Assembly (NCBI GenBank): GCA_023264565.1
Contig: JAHFLV010000007.1
Span: forward strand, 1 to 32,682
Length of the DNA: 32,682 nucleotides
From: Candidatus Zambryskiibacteriota bacterium
Lineage (GTDB): Bacteria; Patescibacteriota; Minisyncoccia; Phycocordibacterales; DATGWK01
Reading direction: 5' to 3'
The position numbers and the translations under genes are program-made. Below, piece by piece: positions 10,273-20,168 of this stretch (position 1 is its first letter; the number at the start of each line of letters is the position of its first letter). The notes under the pieces were generated by a model, which saw only the letters and a list, made by a program, of their open reading frames with translations, had not been told where the DNA came from and made no database searches.

Positions 10273-11400
10273 ATGAAGATTCTTTTTACTGGCGGTGGTT
10301 CAGGCGGACATTTTTATCCGATTCTTTCGGTTGCTGAAGCTGTCCAAAAACTATCCAAAGAATATCGCTTGATCCAGCCGACGTTGTACTACATGTCGGA
10401 CACTCCATACAACGAAGCACTCCTTTTTGATAACGACATTATTTTTAAGAAAAATTCTGCGGGAAAACGCCGCATTTATTCTTCTGGCAAAAATCTTTTT
10501 GATTTCTTTAAAACAGGGTGGGGAGTCTTGACTGCTCTTATGACGGTTTTTTCTATTTATCCAGACGTGGTGTTTAGCAAGGGTGGCTATGCTGCTTTTC
10601 CAGTGTTGGTTGCCGCGCGGCTTTTCCGAATCCCCGTGGTCATTCATGAATCCGACACTGTTCCAGGCAGAGTAAACAAATTCGCAGGAAAATTTGCCAA
10701 ACGAATTGCAGTTTCATATGAAGAAGCTGCAAAGTTTTTCCCAAAAGATAAAGTTGCAATCACCGGCAACCCTGTTCGAGAAGAAATTACACATCCAATG
10801 AAAGAAGGTGCACATGAATTTCTTAAATTAAACGATGAGACACCGGTCATTTTGGTTTTGGGTGGCTCACTTGGTGCGCAGCTTGTAAATGACACCGTTA
10901 TCGACACCTTGCCGCAGCTTATTGAAAAATACCAAGTCATTCATCAGACTGGTAAAAACAATTACGCGGATATCGTGGCTCGGTCCGAAGCTATTTTGTA
11001 CAGCGAACAATTCAGAGCGCGATACAAAGCCTTCGATTATTTAAATGAAATGGCCCTTCGAATGGCGGCCGGTGTTGCAGACGTAGTGATTTCTCGTGCA
11101 GGTTCAGCAATTTTTGAAATCGCTTCCTGGGGCATTCCTTCTATACTCATTCCAATTACCGAGTCTCACGGAGACCACCAGCGAAAGAATGCCTACGCCT
11201 ACGCACGAAGCAAAGCAGCGGTGGTGCTCGAAGAATCAAACGTCACCCCACATATCTTAATGTCAGAGATCGACCGAATTATGAATAACCCAGAATTGAA
11301 GGAGTCGATGTCCAAGGCCGCAAAAGTTTTTTTCAAACCAGACGCGGCTCGAGGCATTGCCAAAGAAATTCTCTCAATCGCTCTCAAGCACGAAGTATAA
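10273..11400 (+). CDS. murG: MurG N-acetylglucosamine transferase
   Basis: GGGSGGH, HESD, GNPVR, GGSLG, HQRKNA. Confidence 0.97.
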   Translation: MKILFTGGGSGGHFYPILSVAEAVQKLSKEYRLIQPTLYYMSDTPYNEALLFDNDIIFKKNSAGKRRIYSSGKNLFDFFKTGWGVLTALMTVFSIYPDVVFSKGGYAAFPVLVAARLFRIPVVIHESDTVPGRVNKFAGKFAKRIAVSYEEAAKFFPKDKVAITGNPVREEITHPMKEGAHEFLKLNDETPVILVLGGSLGAQLVNDTVIDTLPQLIEKYQVIHQTGKNNYADIVARSEAILYSEQFRARYKAFDYLNEMALRMAAGVADVVISRAGSAIFEIASWGIPSILIPITESHGDHQRKNAYAYARSKAAVVLEESNVTPHILMSEIDRIMNNPELKESMSKAAKVFFKPDAARGIAKEILSIALKHEV

Positions 11401-11442
11401 AATCTGAAAATTCCGAAGTAAATAAATTTTCAAATAAAGAAT

Positions 11443-12852
11443 ATGAATAAATCAGAAAACCACAAACCAATAGTTACACGCTTTGCGCCGAGCCCAACAG
11501 GTAATTTGCATATCGGCGGATTTAGAACCGCGCTTTTTAATTATCTCTATGCCAAACATTTTGGTGGCAAAGTTGTGCTTCGAATCGAAGACACCGACCG
11601 TGAACGTTCAAAACCTGAATACGAGAAAAATATTCACGAAGGCCTCGAATGGCTTGGTTTGAAATTCGACGAAACATACAAGCAATCTGAAAGAAGTGCC
11701 ATTTATTCTCAGTATGTTTCAAAACTCATCGCCGAGGACAAAGCCTATGTTTCCAAAGAAGAAATTACTGCAGAAGATATTGCTGAAGCCGCCGACCCAA
11801 AAGCTAAGGGCGCTAAAAAGCGCAGTGAGGTCATTCGTTTTCGTAACCCAAACAAAGTAATTAATTTCTACGACATTATTCGTGGCGAAATTAGCGTCGA
11901 CACTACCGAGCTCGGTGACTTTGTCATCGCAAAGGGAATCGACGAGCCACTCTACAACTTTGCAGTTGTTGTCGATGAGTTTGAAATGGGAATTACTCAC
12001 GTTATTCGTGGCGACGACCATATTGCCAATACCCCTCGCCAGATCCTCATCGGCGCAGCGCTCGGAGCACATATGCCAATCTACGCCCATTTGCCGCTTA
12101 TTTTGGCGCCAGACAAAAGTAAACTTTCAAAACGAAAAGGTGCGCGATCACTTACTGAATACCGCGACGATGGCTACCTTCCAGAAGCTTTGACCAACTT
12201 TATGGCCATGCTTGGTTGGAATCCTGGCACTGAAGAAGAATTTTTCAGCCGAGATGAGCTTATTAAAAGGTTCGATGTTGCGCAGGTCCAAAAAGCCGGT
12301 GCCGTGTATAACGAAGAAAAACTTCGTTGGGTCAATCGCGAATATCTCAAAAGAAAACCGCATGTAGAAATTGCCACTGCCGCACGACCGTTTTTTGAAA
12401 GGTCAGCTGAATTCCAAAAGAATGGCTGGAGTATTTCTGATGGGCACATGATGAAACTTGTTCCAGTACTTCTTGATCGCATCAATGTATATACCGATAT
12501 CACAAAAATGGTTGATGATCATGAATTCGACTATCTGTTTGGTCAGCCAGAGTACGATCCAAAAGACATGATTTGGCGTGACGAAACCGGTCCAGAAAGA
12601 ACTAAAGAATTTTTTGAAAAAGTACTTGAGATTCTTGAAGCAGCACCAGAAGAAAGTTTTAAAGATTCCGAAAGCGTTAAGTCGCTTATTTGGGCATATG
12701 CTACTGACATGGGTCGCGGTGCGGTCTTGTGGCCAATTCGTTTTGCTCTTACTGGTAAGATGAAGTCTCCTGATCCGTTTACTCTGTTGACTATCCTCGG
12801 CAAGAAAGAGGGAATTAAAAGACTCAAACACGCTCACAAACTGCTCGCCTAA
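11443..12852 (+). CDS. gltX: Glutamate--tRNA ligase
   Basis: RFAPSPTG, HIGG, RIEDTD, KLSKR. Confidence 0.97.
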   Translation: MNKSENHKPIVTRFAPSPTGNLHIGGFRTALFNYLYAKHFGGKVVLRIEDTDRERSKPEYEKNIHEGLEWLGLKFDETYKQSERSAIYSQYVSKLIAEDKAYVSKEEITAEDIAEAADPKAKGAKKRSEVIRFRNPNKVINFYDIIRGEISVDTTELGDFVIAKGIDEPLYNFAVVVDEFEMGITHVIRGDDHIANTPRQILIGAALGAHMPIYAHLPLILAPDKSKLSKRKGARSLTEYRDDGYLPEALTNFMAMLGWNPGTEEEFFSRDELIKRFDVAQVQKAGAVYNEEKLRWVNREYLKRKPHVEIATAARPFFERSAEFQKNGWSISDGHMMKLVPVLLDRINVYTDITKMVDDHEFDYLFGQPEYDPKDMIWRDETGPERTKEFFEKVLEILEAAPEESFKDSESVKSLIWAYATDMGRGAVLWPIRFALTGKMKSPDPFTLLTILGKKEGIKRLKHAHKLLA

Positions 12853-12870
12853 ATTCTCACAACCCAAACG

Positions 12871-14205
12871 ATGCATTTGCCCTTTAAAAAACTTTCACAC
12901 ATTCTTGTTACTCTTTCACTCCTGGCTAACCTGGTGAATGTTGCGCCATTTGTGTTTCCGTTGTCACCCACAGTAGCTCACGCTGCAGATGACACAACCA
13001 TCGATACCATAAAGAAAAACATCGATACAAAAAATGCGCAGATCGAGGCTCTCAATCAAGAAATTAACGAGCTCAACAACCAAATTCAAAGCACCACTAA
13101 GCAAGCACAAACCTTAAAAAGCGCCATCAGTACACTCGACGCATCAAGAACCAAACTCTCAAAAGACATTCAGGTGACTCAGACCAAAGTTGGTACGGCC
13201 AATCTCACTATCGAACAACTGGGTTTGGAAATGGACGACAAAGCTCGAAGAATTGCCCGAAATAAAGTTGTTCTCGCAGATACGATTCGAAATATAAACC
13301 AAGCCGAAGAATCTTCACTTGTTGAAACAGTTTTGGCATATAAAAATGTTACTGAACTTTGGAATGAAATCGAATCTTTGAATCGTTTTCAAATTGGCCT
13401 TCAAGAAAACACAGCAACCGTCGAAGATTTGAAAGAGCAGCTTGCTCAAAAACAAGCAGAAAATGTGGCACAAAGGAAAAAACTTCTTGATTTGCAAAAT
13501 CAGCTTGTTGATCAGAAAAAGATTGTAGAAACCAACAAAACCGACAAATCAAAATTACTGACAAGCACCCAAAGCCAGGAGGCTGCGTACCAAAAACAAT
13601 TGGCACTTAAAAAACAGCAGGCCGAAGCCTTTCTCCAAGAATTGAATGCATATGAAAGCCAACTTAAATTCATCATTGATCCAACGAGTTATCCAAGTTC
13701 TGGAAAAGGAATTTTGCATTGGCCACTGCAAAGTGTGTACGTGACCCAATACTTTGGTGACACCGAATTTGCCAAAACTACCAATGCGTATAACGGCAAA
13801 GGTCACAATGGTGTCGACTTCAGAGCATCTGCAGGAACGAACGTTCTCGCAGCGCTCGATGGCACCGTTGAGGGCATTGGAAACACCGACGCCGTGCCCG
13901 GCTGCTATTCATATGGTAAATGGGTGCTTATCCGCCATGATAACGGCCTATCGACCTTATACGCCCATTTAAGCCTTCAAAAAGTGGTGGCAGGACAGAG
14001 AGTCAAAACTGGGGAAGTGATTGGCTACAGCGGCTACACAGGCTATGTGGTTCCAGCAGGTCCATCTGGTGCCCACCTTCATTTTGGCGTATATGCCACC
14101 CAAGGTGTTAAGATAGTGCAGTACACTAACAGTATTAACTGTAAAAATGCTTTTATTCCTGTCGCCGACCTCAAGGCCTACCTCAATCCATTAACATATT
14201 TGTAA
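12871..14205 (+). CDS. Secreted coiled-coil M23 family peptidase (EnvC/CwlO-like architecture)
   Basis: Signal peptide, long coiled coil, intact HNGVD and HLH zinc motifs. Confidence 0.9.
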   Translation: MHLPFKKLSHILVTLSLLANLVNVAPFVFPLSPTVAHAADDTTIDTIKKNIDTKNAQIEALNQEINELNNQIQSTTKQAQTLKSAISTLDASRTKLSKDIQVTQTKVGTANLTIEQLGLEMDDKARRIARNKVVLADTIRNINQAEESSLVETVLAYKNVTELWNEIESLNRFQIGLQENTATVEDLKEQLAQKQAENVAQRKKLLDLQNQLVDQKKIVETNKTDKSKLLTSTQSQEAAYQKQLALKKQQAEAFLQELNAYESQLKFIIDPTSYPSSGKGILHWPLQSVYVTQYFGDTEFAKTTNAYNGKGHNGVDFRASAGTNVLAALDGTVEGIGNTDAVPGCYSYGKWVLIRHDNGLSTLYAHLSLQKVVAGQRVKTGEVIGYSGYTGYVVPAGPSGAHLHFGVYATQGVKIVQYTNSINCKNAFIPVADLKAYLNPLTYL

Positions 14206-14228
14206 TTTGAAAGATATCGAGAATGCAT

Positions 14229-14468
14229 ATGAAAAACCGAAGGTTTAATCAGGGATTTATCGGAACTATTGTCATCATTCTGGTAGCAATCGTTCTTCTT
14301 AAATTCTGGTTCCATTTTGATATTTTTACTTGGTTCCAAAAACCTGAAGTAAAAGAATTTTTCGGAAAAATTTGGTCCGTCATAACAATGATTTGGAACA
14401 AATATCTGAAAGAAACGTTCCAGCAACTTCTTAAATTCATCAATGAAGTTATTATCAAGCATTTCTGA
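14229..14468 (+). CDS. Small membrane protein with pilin-like class III signal (NQG|FIGT)
   Basis: Basic leader, G|F site, hydrophobic helix. Start could also be 14223. Confidence 0.65.
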   Translation: MKNRRFNQGFIGTIVIILVAIVLLKFWFHFDIFTWFQKPEVKEFFGKIWSVITMIWNKYLKETFQQLLKFINEVIIKHF

Positions 14469-14482
14469 TTACCGATACTGCC

Positions 14483-14593
14483 ATGAAAATTTTCAAAGTA
14501 CTGCTCTTTTTCTTGCTCCTCCCAATCTACGGCACCATGACCGTTGTGATGCATTTTAGCTACGAATGGTGGCAGGATTTGCTCGATAAATAA
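14483..14593 (+). CDS. Putative 36-aa membrane peptide (MKIFKVLLFFLLLPIYGTMTVVMHFSYEWWQDLLDK)
   Basis: Fills the gap between co-oriented genes with about 13-nt spacing on each side; single hydrophobic stretch. Confidence 0.5.
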   Translation: MKIFKVLLFFLLLPIYGTMTVVMHFSYEWWQDLLDK

Positions 14594-14605
14594 AATAAAA
14601 AAAAC

Positions 14606-15772
14606 ATGAAGCACATACTTAATTTTCCTGAAAAGTTTCTCTGGGGCGCATCCACTGCTTCATTCCAAGTTGAAGGCGGTATCGAAAATTGCGATTGGGC
14701 GGAAGCTGCCCGAGAGGGAAGGGTACCGGTTTGTGGTGCGGCTTGTGACCATTACAATCGCTACGAGTCTGATTTTGATATTGCCCAAAAGCTCGGTCAC
14801 AACTGTCACAAAATTTCTATTGAATGGGCGAGAATCGAACCAGAAGAAGGGAAGTTCGACATGGAAGCTGTCACCCATTACAAAAATGTCTTAAATGCAT
14901 TGCGCGCTCGCGGTCTTGAACCATTTGTAAATATTTGGCACTTCACCTTGCCGCTGTGGTTTTCACACGATGGCGGTTTTTTAAATAAAAAATCTGCTGC
15001 ACGATTTGGTCGATACTCAGAATTTGTAGCCAAAGAAATTTTGAATGATGTGAAATATGTGGTTCCTATTAACGAGCCAGAAGTGTGGGTTACCAATGGC
15101 TACCTTCGAGGAAACTGGCCACCATTTAAAAAGAATCCGTGGAAACTTTTAATTGCCCTCAGAAATTTAATCAAAGCACACAAGGCCTCTTATTATGCGG
15201 TTAAAAAATATCACCCTGACGCGCTTGTGGGTCCTTCCAAAGACAATATCTATTTTAAGGCAACAAATGTTAATCCGATAAACCAACTTTTGGCTGCATT
15301 TATGGGCTGGTGGTGGAATCGATATTTTTTGAATCAAACTAAAAAAGAAACTGACTTCATTGGTCTCAATTATTATTTTTATTCTCCCTTTGGTCCGAAA
15401 GAAGAGCTGCCAAAAACCGACATGGGCTGGGGTATTTATCCAGAAGGCATCTATCATGTCCTCTTAGAACTCGGGCGATATCACAAACCTGTGTATATAA
15501 TGGAGAATGGGCTTGCCGATGCAACCGATTCCAAACGCAAAGATTTTATTTTGGATCATTTGTTTCAGGTGTATCGAGCAATCCAAGACAATGTTGATGT
15601 CAAAGGATATTTGCATTGGTCACTTTTAGATAATTACGAATGGGTTTTTGGTTTTGAAAGAAGGTTTGGTTTGGTCGAAATTGATTTCGTAACTCAAGAA
15701 AGAAAGATCAGGCCCTCAGCGTTCGTTTATAAACATGTATGCGAAACTAACACTATCGAAAAAGAATTATGA
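14606..15772 (+). CDS. Glycoside hydrolase family 1 (beta-glucosidase-like)
   Basis: FLWGASTASFQVEG, INEP acid/base, MENG nucleophile, DNYEW. Confidence 0.95.
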   Translation: MKHILNFPEKFLWGASTASFQVEGGIENCDWAEAAREGRVPVCGAACDHYNRYESDFDIAQKLGHNCHKISIEWARIEPEEGKFDMEAVTHYKNVLNALRARGLEPFVNIWHFTLPLWFSHDGGFLNKKSAARFGRYSEFVAKEILNDVKYVVPINEPEVWVTNGYLRGNWPPFKKNPWKLLIALRNLIKAHKASYYAVKKYHPDALVGPSKDNIYFKATNVNPINQLLAAFMGWWWNRYFLNQTKKETDFIGLNYYFYSPFGPKEELPKTDMGWGIYPEGIYHVLLELGRYHKPVYIMENGLADATDSKRKDFILDHLFQVYRAIQDNVDVKGYLHWSLLDNYEWVFGFERRFGLVEIDFVTQERKIRPSAFVYKHVCETNTIEKEL

Positions 15773-16692
15773 GTACTTGGTTATTATTTGTGGTCATTGG
15801 ACAGTTCCTTTTCTCGGTAGTCGTTTTGGTTGACCGGTTTATTGTCACCAAAGGAGTTGTTTCAAAACCCGTCGTCTACACCTTTTATGTAAGCTTTTTG
15901 TCTATTTTTGCGATTGTAGCTTTGCCATTTGGTGTAACAATCCCGACTCCAGCAGCGCTTCTCATTTCTATAATCGCCGCAATGAGCTACGCCATTTCAA
16001 TTTTGTTTTTGTATCAATCACTCCGCGGCGCAAATGCTTCAGAGGTTGTGCCCGTTGTCGGTGGGGTATCGGCAATTTCTGCTTTTATTGCGAGCTCGTT
16101 CCTTCTTAATGAACAACTTCCAGGACATTTCCTTCTCGGTTTCACAATTTTGGTTGCGGGCATGCTTTTGATCTCTCATTTTAAATTCACTGCGCGATCG
16201 CTTTTGTTTTTGTCAGGCTCTGGTGTTTTCTTTGGGCTTTCGACTGTCGTCACCAAACTCCTCCTTCAAAACGAAACCTTCATAAACGGCTTTTTCTGGT
16301 CACGAATGGCCAATGTCGTTGTTGCTCTTTGTTTTCTTCTTATCCCAAGCGTTTTCAAATCAATTCGCGAAGATTTTTTGCATTCTAGAAAAGAAAAACA
16401 TCATACACATCCAACCACAGGTCATAAGACAAATAAAATTGTTTTGATAGTGGGGAATAAGATTTTGGCTGCAATGGGCTTTATTTGTACGCTTATTGCT
16501 CTCAAATCCGGCAACACCACAATCGTGAACGCCCTCAGTGCTACTCAATACATCTTCCTTCTTATTTTTGCTATTTTCTTTGGCCGATTGATGCCCGAGT
16601 ACTTTGAAGAAACCGTTCACAAACACGAATTCCTTCACAAAACCCTTGCAACCGGTCTTATTGTTATCGGCTTTATAATTTTGTTCATCTAG
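15769..16692 (+). CDS. EamA/DMT-like membrane transporter
   Basis: About 10 TM helices in two repeats; ATGA overlap with the GH1 gene. Confidence 0.75.
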   Translation: MSTWLLFVVIGQFLFSVVVLVDRFIVTKGVVSKPVVYTFYVSFLSIFAIVALPFGVTIPTPAALLISIIAAMSYAISILFLYQSLRGANASEVVPVVGGVSAISAFIASSFLLNEQLPGHFLLGFTILVAGMLLISHFKFTARSLLFLSGSGVFFGLSTVVTKLLLQNETFINGFFWSRMANVVVALCFLLIPSVFKSIREDFLHSRKEKHHTHPTTGHKTNKIVLIVGNKILAAMGFICTLIALKSGNTTIVNALSATQYIFLLIFAIFFGRLMPEYFEETVHKHEFLHKTLATGLIVIGFIILFI

Positions 16693-16703
16693 TACATTCC
16701 TAC

Positions 16704-17735
16704 ATGAAACATTTTGCGAAAACACTCAAATGGTTACTTATTATTATTGTCATTTTGGTGGCGGCATTTTTTCTTCTTTCAATCCGCAAAATTCCTGATC
16801 GCGTACATTACGGCGTTTCTTTTAGCGTATTCCACTCACAAGAACTTGGCCTCGATTGGAAAAAGGTTTTTGATTCACTCATAAACGAGCAAAACGCTCA
16901 AAACTCTCCAGGTCTCGGTATCAAAAGATTCCGTCTTTCGGCTCACTGGCCGCTTACCGAGCCTCAAAAAGGCCGTTTTAACTGGTCTGAACTCGATTAT
17001 CAGATGTCACAGGCAGAAAAACACGATGCCAAGGTCGTCTTAGCTGTTGGCCGACGTTTGCCAGGCTGGCCAGAATGTCATGAACCAGACTGGGTCAAAA
17101 ATTACTCAAAATCAGATAAACAAGCTGAAGTTCTTGCGTATATCACTGCAGTTGTAAATCGATATAAAAATTCTTCTGCTGTTGAATATTGGCAAGTTGA
17201 AAATGAACCGTTCTTGAAAATTTTTGCTTCAGAGCAATGCGGTGATTTTCTCGATACTGAATTTTTGTACAAAGAAATTGCACTCGTAAAATCTCTTGAT
17301 CCAAATCATCCAGTTTTGATTACTGACAGCGGCGAATTAAGTCTTTGGAAAGATGCGCATCAAGCTGGAGATTTGTTTGGTACTAGTTTGTACATTTATG
17401 TTTGGAATCATTATTCAGGCGCAATCAGATACCCGATCGGTCCAGCCTTTTTCCGAGCTAAAAGAAACCTCGTAAACCTCATATATGGTCAAAAAGACTT
17501 ACTTTTGATCGAACTTGCACTCGAACCATGGCTTTTGCAGCCAATTAAAGACACTCCAATCGAAACACAGCTTGAACGAATGGATATTGATAAGTTCAAC
17601 GGAACAATCAGTTTTGCTCAAAAAGCTGGTTTTGAAAAGCAATATTTATGGGGCGCCGAATGGTGGTATTACATGAATCAAAATGGTCATCCAGAATTCT
17701 GGGAGAGAGCAAAAGAAATTTTTAATCAGAAATAA
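16704..17735 (+). CDS. Membrane-anchored clan GH-A glycoside hydrolase (GH5/GH42-like TIM barrel)
   Basis: HWPLTEPQKGRFNW, WQVENEP acid/base motif, N-terminal TM helix. Confidence 0.8.
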   Translation: MKHFAKTLKWLLIIIVILVAAFFLLSIRKIPDRVHYGVSFSVFHSQELGLDWKKVFDSLINEQNAQNSPGLGIKRFRLSAHWPLTEPQKGRFNWSELDYQMSQAEKHDAKVVLAVGRRLPGWPECHEPDWVKNYSKSDKQAEVLAYITAVVNRYKNSSAVEYWQVENEPFLKIFASEQCGDFLDTEFLYKEIALVKSLDPNHPVLITDSGELSLWKDAHQAGDLFGTSLYIYVWNHYSGAIRYPIGPAFFRAKRNLVNLIYGQKDLLLIELALEPWLLQPIKDTPIETQLERMDIDKFNGTISFAQKAGFEKQYLWGAEWWYYMNQNGHPEFWERAKEIFNQK

Positions 17736-17791
17736 ATTAGGGAATCGCAAAATATTGTTCACGTCGAAGTTTCACACATTTTTAAAAAATA

Positions 17792-17894
17792 CCTGCGGGG
17801 AAGTGGTCGGATAAAAATCCGGCCTTTCTCCCTCTAGCTTAGTGTCGCAAAAGATATATTGTGCGACTCTTATCTATAAGCCACTTCCAGCAGG
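17792..17894 (+). ncRNA. Candidate multibranch structured RNA, related to 29526-29642
   Basis: Closing stem CCTGC.GGAAGTGG/CCACTTCC.GCAGG enclosing CGGAT-AAAA-ATCCG and GTCGCA/TGCGAC hairpins. Strand inferred from the second copy. Confidence 0.5.
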
Positions 17895-17988
17895 CTCAAA
17901 CAATTAAAGATTCAAAAAAACACTTCTCCCTACCGAGGCAACCAAAATTTTTAATCGGAATTAAATCGCTCAATTAAATATTTAGAAT

Positions 17989-18020
17989 AAAAAAAAACAG
18001 CCCCGCTTTCAGGACTGTCT
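17989..18020 (-). terminator. Intrinsic terminator of the DUF1653-like gene
   Basis: Minus strand ACAGTCCTG-AAAG-CGGGGCTGT followed by a long T tract. Confidence 0.75.
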
Positions 18021-18045
18021 TGTTTTCATTTTTCCGCCCGATCTT

Positions 18046-18402
18046 TTAAGGATACATCCGCTGACTGAGCCAGTGTAAGTCCGTAATGGTTCCAGAATCT
18101 GTCACGGGAATAAATCGCGGACCCTTGTAGTCGCCCTTATCGACATCCCCCATCCAGTTATCAAGAGGCCGTGACCAATGAAAATTATTGCCACTTTTTT
18201 TGCTAGCCTCAACGAGTTCTGAATTGTACAAAGGTCGATAGAGGACCGTGATTCGATGTTCATGAGGACAATCGTCCTCTGTATTAACTCCGATCCCTAC
18301 AACTTCGTAGGTGTAGTTGTTGGTTGGTCCAGCTGGTTCATGTTTGTAGTGACGCCAGAAACCGAGCTTGGGAACATTTATTGGAAGTTTCAGTGGGTTC
18401 AT
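18046..18402 (-). CDS. DUF1653-like protein
   Basis: GFWRHYK...YEVVGIG.NTE...VLYRPLY...WSRP pattern; AAGGGA SD. Confidence 0.75.
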   Translation of the reverse strand: MNPLKLPINVPKLGFWRHYKHEPAGPTNNYTYEVVGIGVNTEDDCPHEHRITVLYRPLYNSELVEASKKSGNNFHWSRPLDNWMGDVDKGDYKGPRFIPVTDSGTITDLHWLSQRMYP

Positions 18403-18477
18403 ATTTTTTCCCTTTGTGAGTTTAGTGTCAGTCTAATCCGAAAACATAGTAGCATAAATCCCCGTTTCTTTTACAAC

Positions 18478-18512
18478 AAAAAACCGCCCCATTTCTGGAG
18501 CGGCTTTTTTGT
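18478..18512 (-). terminator. Terminator; near-identical inverted copy of 20920-20954
   Basis: GCCGCTCC-AGAAAT-GGGGCGGT-TTTTT on the minus strand. Confidence 0.8.
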
Positions 18513-18544
18513 AACTGATTTTTTGTTTCGTCGTTACGAAGAGA

Positions 18545-19021
18545 TTATCGGTTGACTGCGATCTTACCCCAACATGGAGCAGACGCTAACCAAGGACGAT
18601 TACCAAGGCTGTCACCGTTGTCACCACCATGTTCATAGAGGTAACGAGCGTACCCAAGGTTTCCATCAAGGGTGTAGATATCGTATCCGAGCTTCTTGGC
18701 ACGAGCACCGTGATATTTTTCGTTAATCTGCATAACACCAACGTCGGCTGGAACAGCCATACCACGGAGCACCTTACCGTCCTTACCAAACTGACGGAAG
18801 CCAGATTCACAACGAGACACTTCAGCCAAAATTGGAATATCCTTAAAGTAGTTTCGAACATATGCTTCTACGTTCTTATCAACTTCTTCAGTAGATTCCT
18901 TTTTCTGGTTTTCCACAACGATTCCGGAATTATCGACGGCAATCGGAGCGGTAATGGCCTGCGGAGCGTTTGAAACGCTTGTAAGCAACATATAGAGACC
19001 GAGTGCTGCAATATTGATCAT
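18545..19021 (-). CDS. Secreted lysozyme-like / lytic transglycosylase-like protein
   Basis: Signal peptide, CESG (catalytic Glu), GVMQIN, NLGYARYLY, PW motifs. Confidence 0.8.
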   Translation of the reverse strand: MINIAALGLYMLLTSVSNAPQAITAPIAVDNSGIVVENQKKESTEEVDKNVEAYVRNYFKDIPILAEVSRCESGFRQFGKDGKVLRGMAVPADVGVMQINEKYHGARAKKLGYDIYTLDGNLGYARYLYEHGGDNGDSLGNRPWLASAPCWGKIAVNR

Positions 19022-19119
19022 AATTTTTATATTTATGGGGCACGGGGCGAGTTACGACTTGTTTTGAATAATCGCCCTAGAAAACAAAAAATCAGTCCTT
19101 ACGACTGACTCATGCATAT

Positions 19120-19148
19120 ATACTAGCACATTTAAAACAGCCTGTCAA
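19120..19148 (-). promoter_or_regulatory. sigma70 promoter TTGACA-N17-TAGTAT with extended TG
   Basis: -35 at 19143-19148, -10 at 19120-19125; implies a leader of about 90 nt. Confidence 0.7.
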
Positions 19149-19276
19149 TGACAAAATGGAAATTTCATGGTGTAGCTATAGCTAAAATATGGCCTATAAT
19201 AAGGCTTTTTTATGAAAAAACACCCCCCTTCCCTTTCAAAAATTGATATAGACAAAAGAAAACTGACCGAGAAATC

Positions 19277-19867
19277 TTACGAAAGCCAAGGAATTGGGTA
19301 TTGTGCAAATTGCACGAGTAAATTTTTACTAAAAATGAGCCGAGAAAGAGCTTCTGCCTCCCATACTGCCCCGTTTATAGCGATATGTGGCTTGGGTTCA
19401 GTCGGAATTCCTACATATTCCATGATTCCATCTGAATTTATGTCGCTTTTGCGATTTTTTGTAGGTGGAGCAATTTTTCTTTGCACCATATGCATGAACG
19501 CTACCGTATGAAGGTCGAGAGATCGGCGACCAACCGTGAAGTCGAGATGAGCTCGAGCCGCAGCCGCCTGAAGAAAACTAAGGTCAAAAATAGGATTTTG
19601 AGCTACCAATAGAATGTTTTGTCGGCCATCGAGCCACTTCAGAAACTCGGCTACGATTGTTCCCTCTTCAGACTTAGCGGGGTCTTTGGTAGCTTCGCGA
19701 CTATAGCCATTTACATCCAAAGCTTCTTGCTCAACACGTGCTCCTTCCCATACCCGACATTCCATATAAAACTGCTCTGTTGGGTTTTCAAAATCAATTG
19801 CCCCAATACTGAGAATTGAATGTTTATAAGGATCAGTTCCAGTAGTTTCAATATCAAAGACAATCAT
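19277..19867 (-). CDS. DEDDh-family 3'-5' exonuclease
   Basis: DIETTG (ExoI), NPIFD (ExoII), HIAING (atypical ExoIII). Confidence 0.88.
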   Translation of the reverse strand: MIVFDIETTGTDPYKHSILSIGAIDFENPTEQFYMECRVWEGARVEQEALDVNGYSREATKDPAKSEEGTIVAEFLKWLDGRQNILLVAQNPIFDLSFLQAAAARAHLDFTVGRRSLDLHTVAFMHMVQRKIAPPTKNRKSDINSDGIMEYVGIPTEPKPHIAINGAVWEAEALSRLIFSKNLLVQFAQYPIPWLS

Positions 19868-19879
19868 GGGTTTTATATA

Positions 19880-20167
19880 TTATCGTTTAATTTTCTTTAA
19901 AGCTGCCTTCCAGATGGTCTTAATTCTATCCCAAAACTTCTGTATCCAAACCTCAAAAGTACTGATCAAGCTATTAATTTTGGGATATCTGGTTCGTAAT
20001 GCGTCCAAGTGTCCCCTAACCCACACAGACCGAAGGGAAATAATGTATATACCGATCACAATGAACAAAACTCCCGGCACCAACGGAACAAACCCAGCCA
20101 CCACCCCACAGAGAATCAAAAACCAGCCAGCGATATACAAAGAAATAGTTTTTGCATGGTGACGCAT
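19880..20167 (-). CDS. Small membrane protein, PGPGW-domain-like
   Basis: AGWFLILCGVVAGFVPLVPGVLFIVIG helical hairpin. Confidence 0.7.
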   Translation of the reverse strand: MRHHAKTISLYIAGWFLILCGVVAGFVPLVPGVLFIVIGIYIISLRSVWVRGHLDALRTRYPKINSLISTFEVWIQKFWDRIKTIWKAALKKIKR

Positions 20168-20168
20168 A

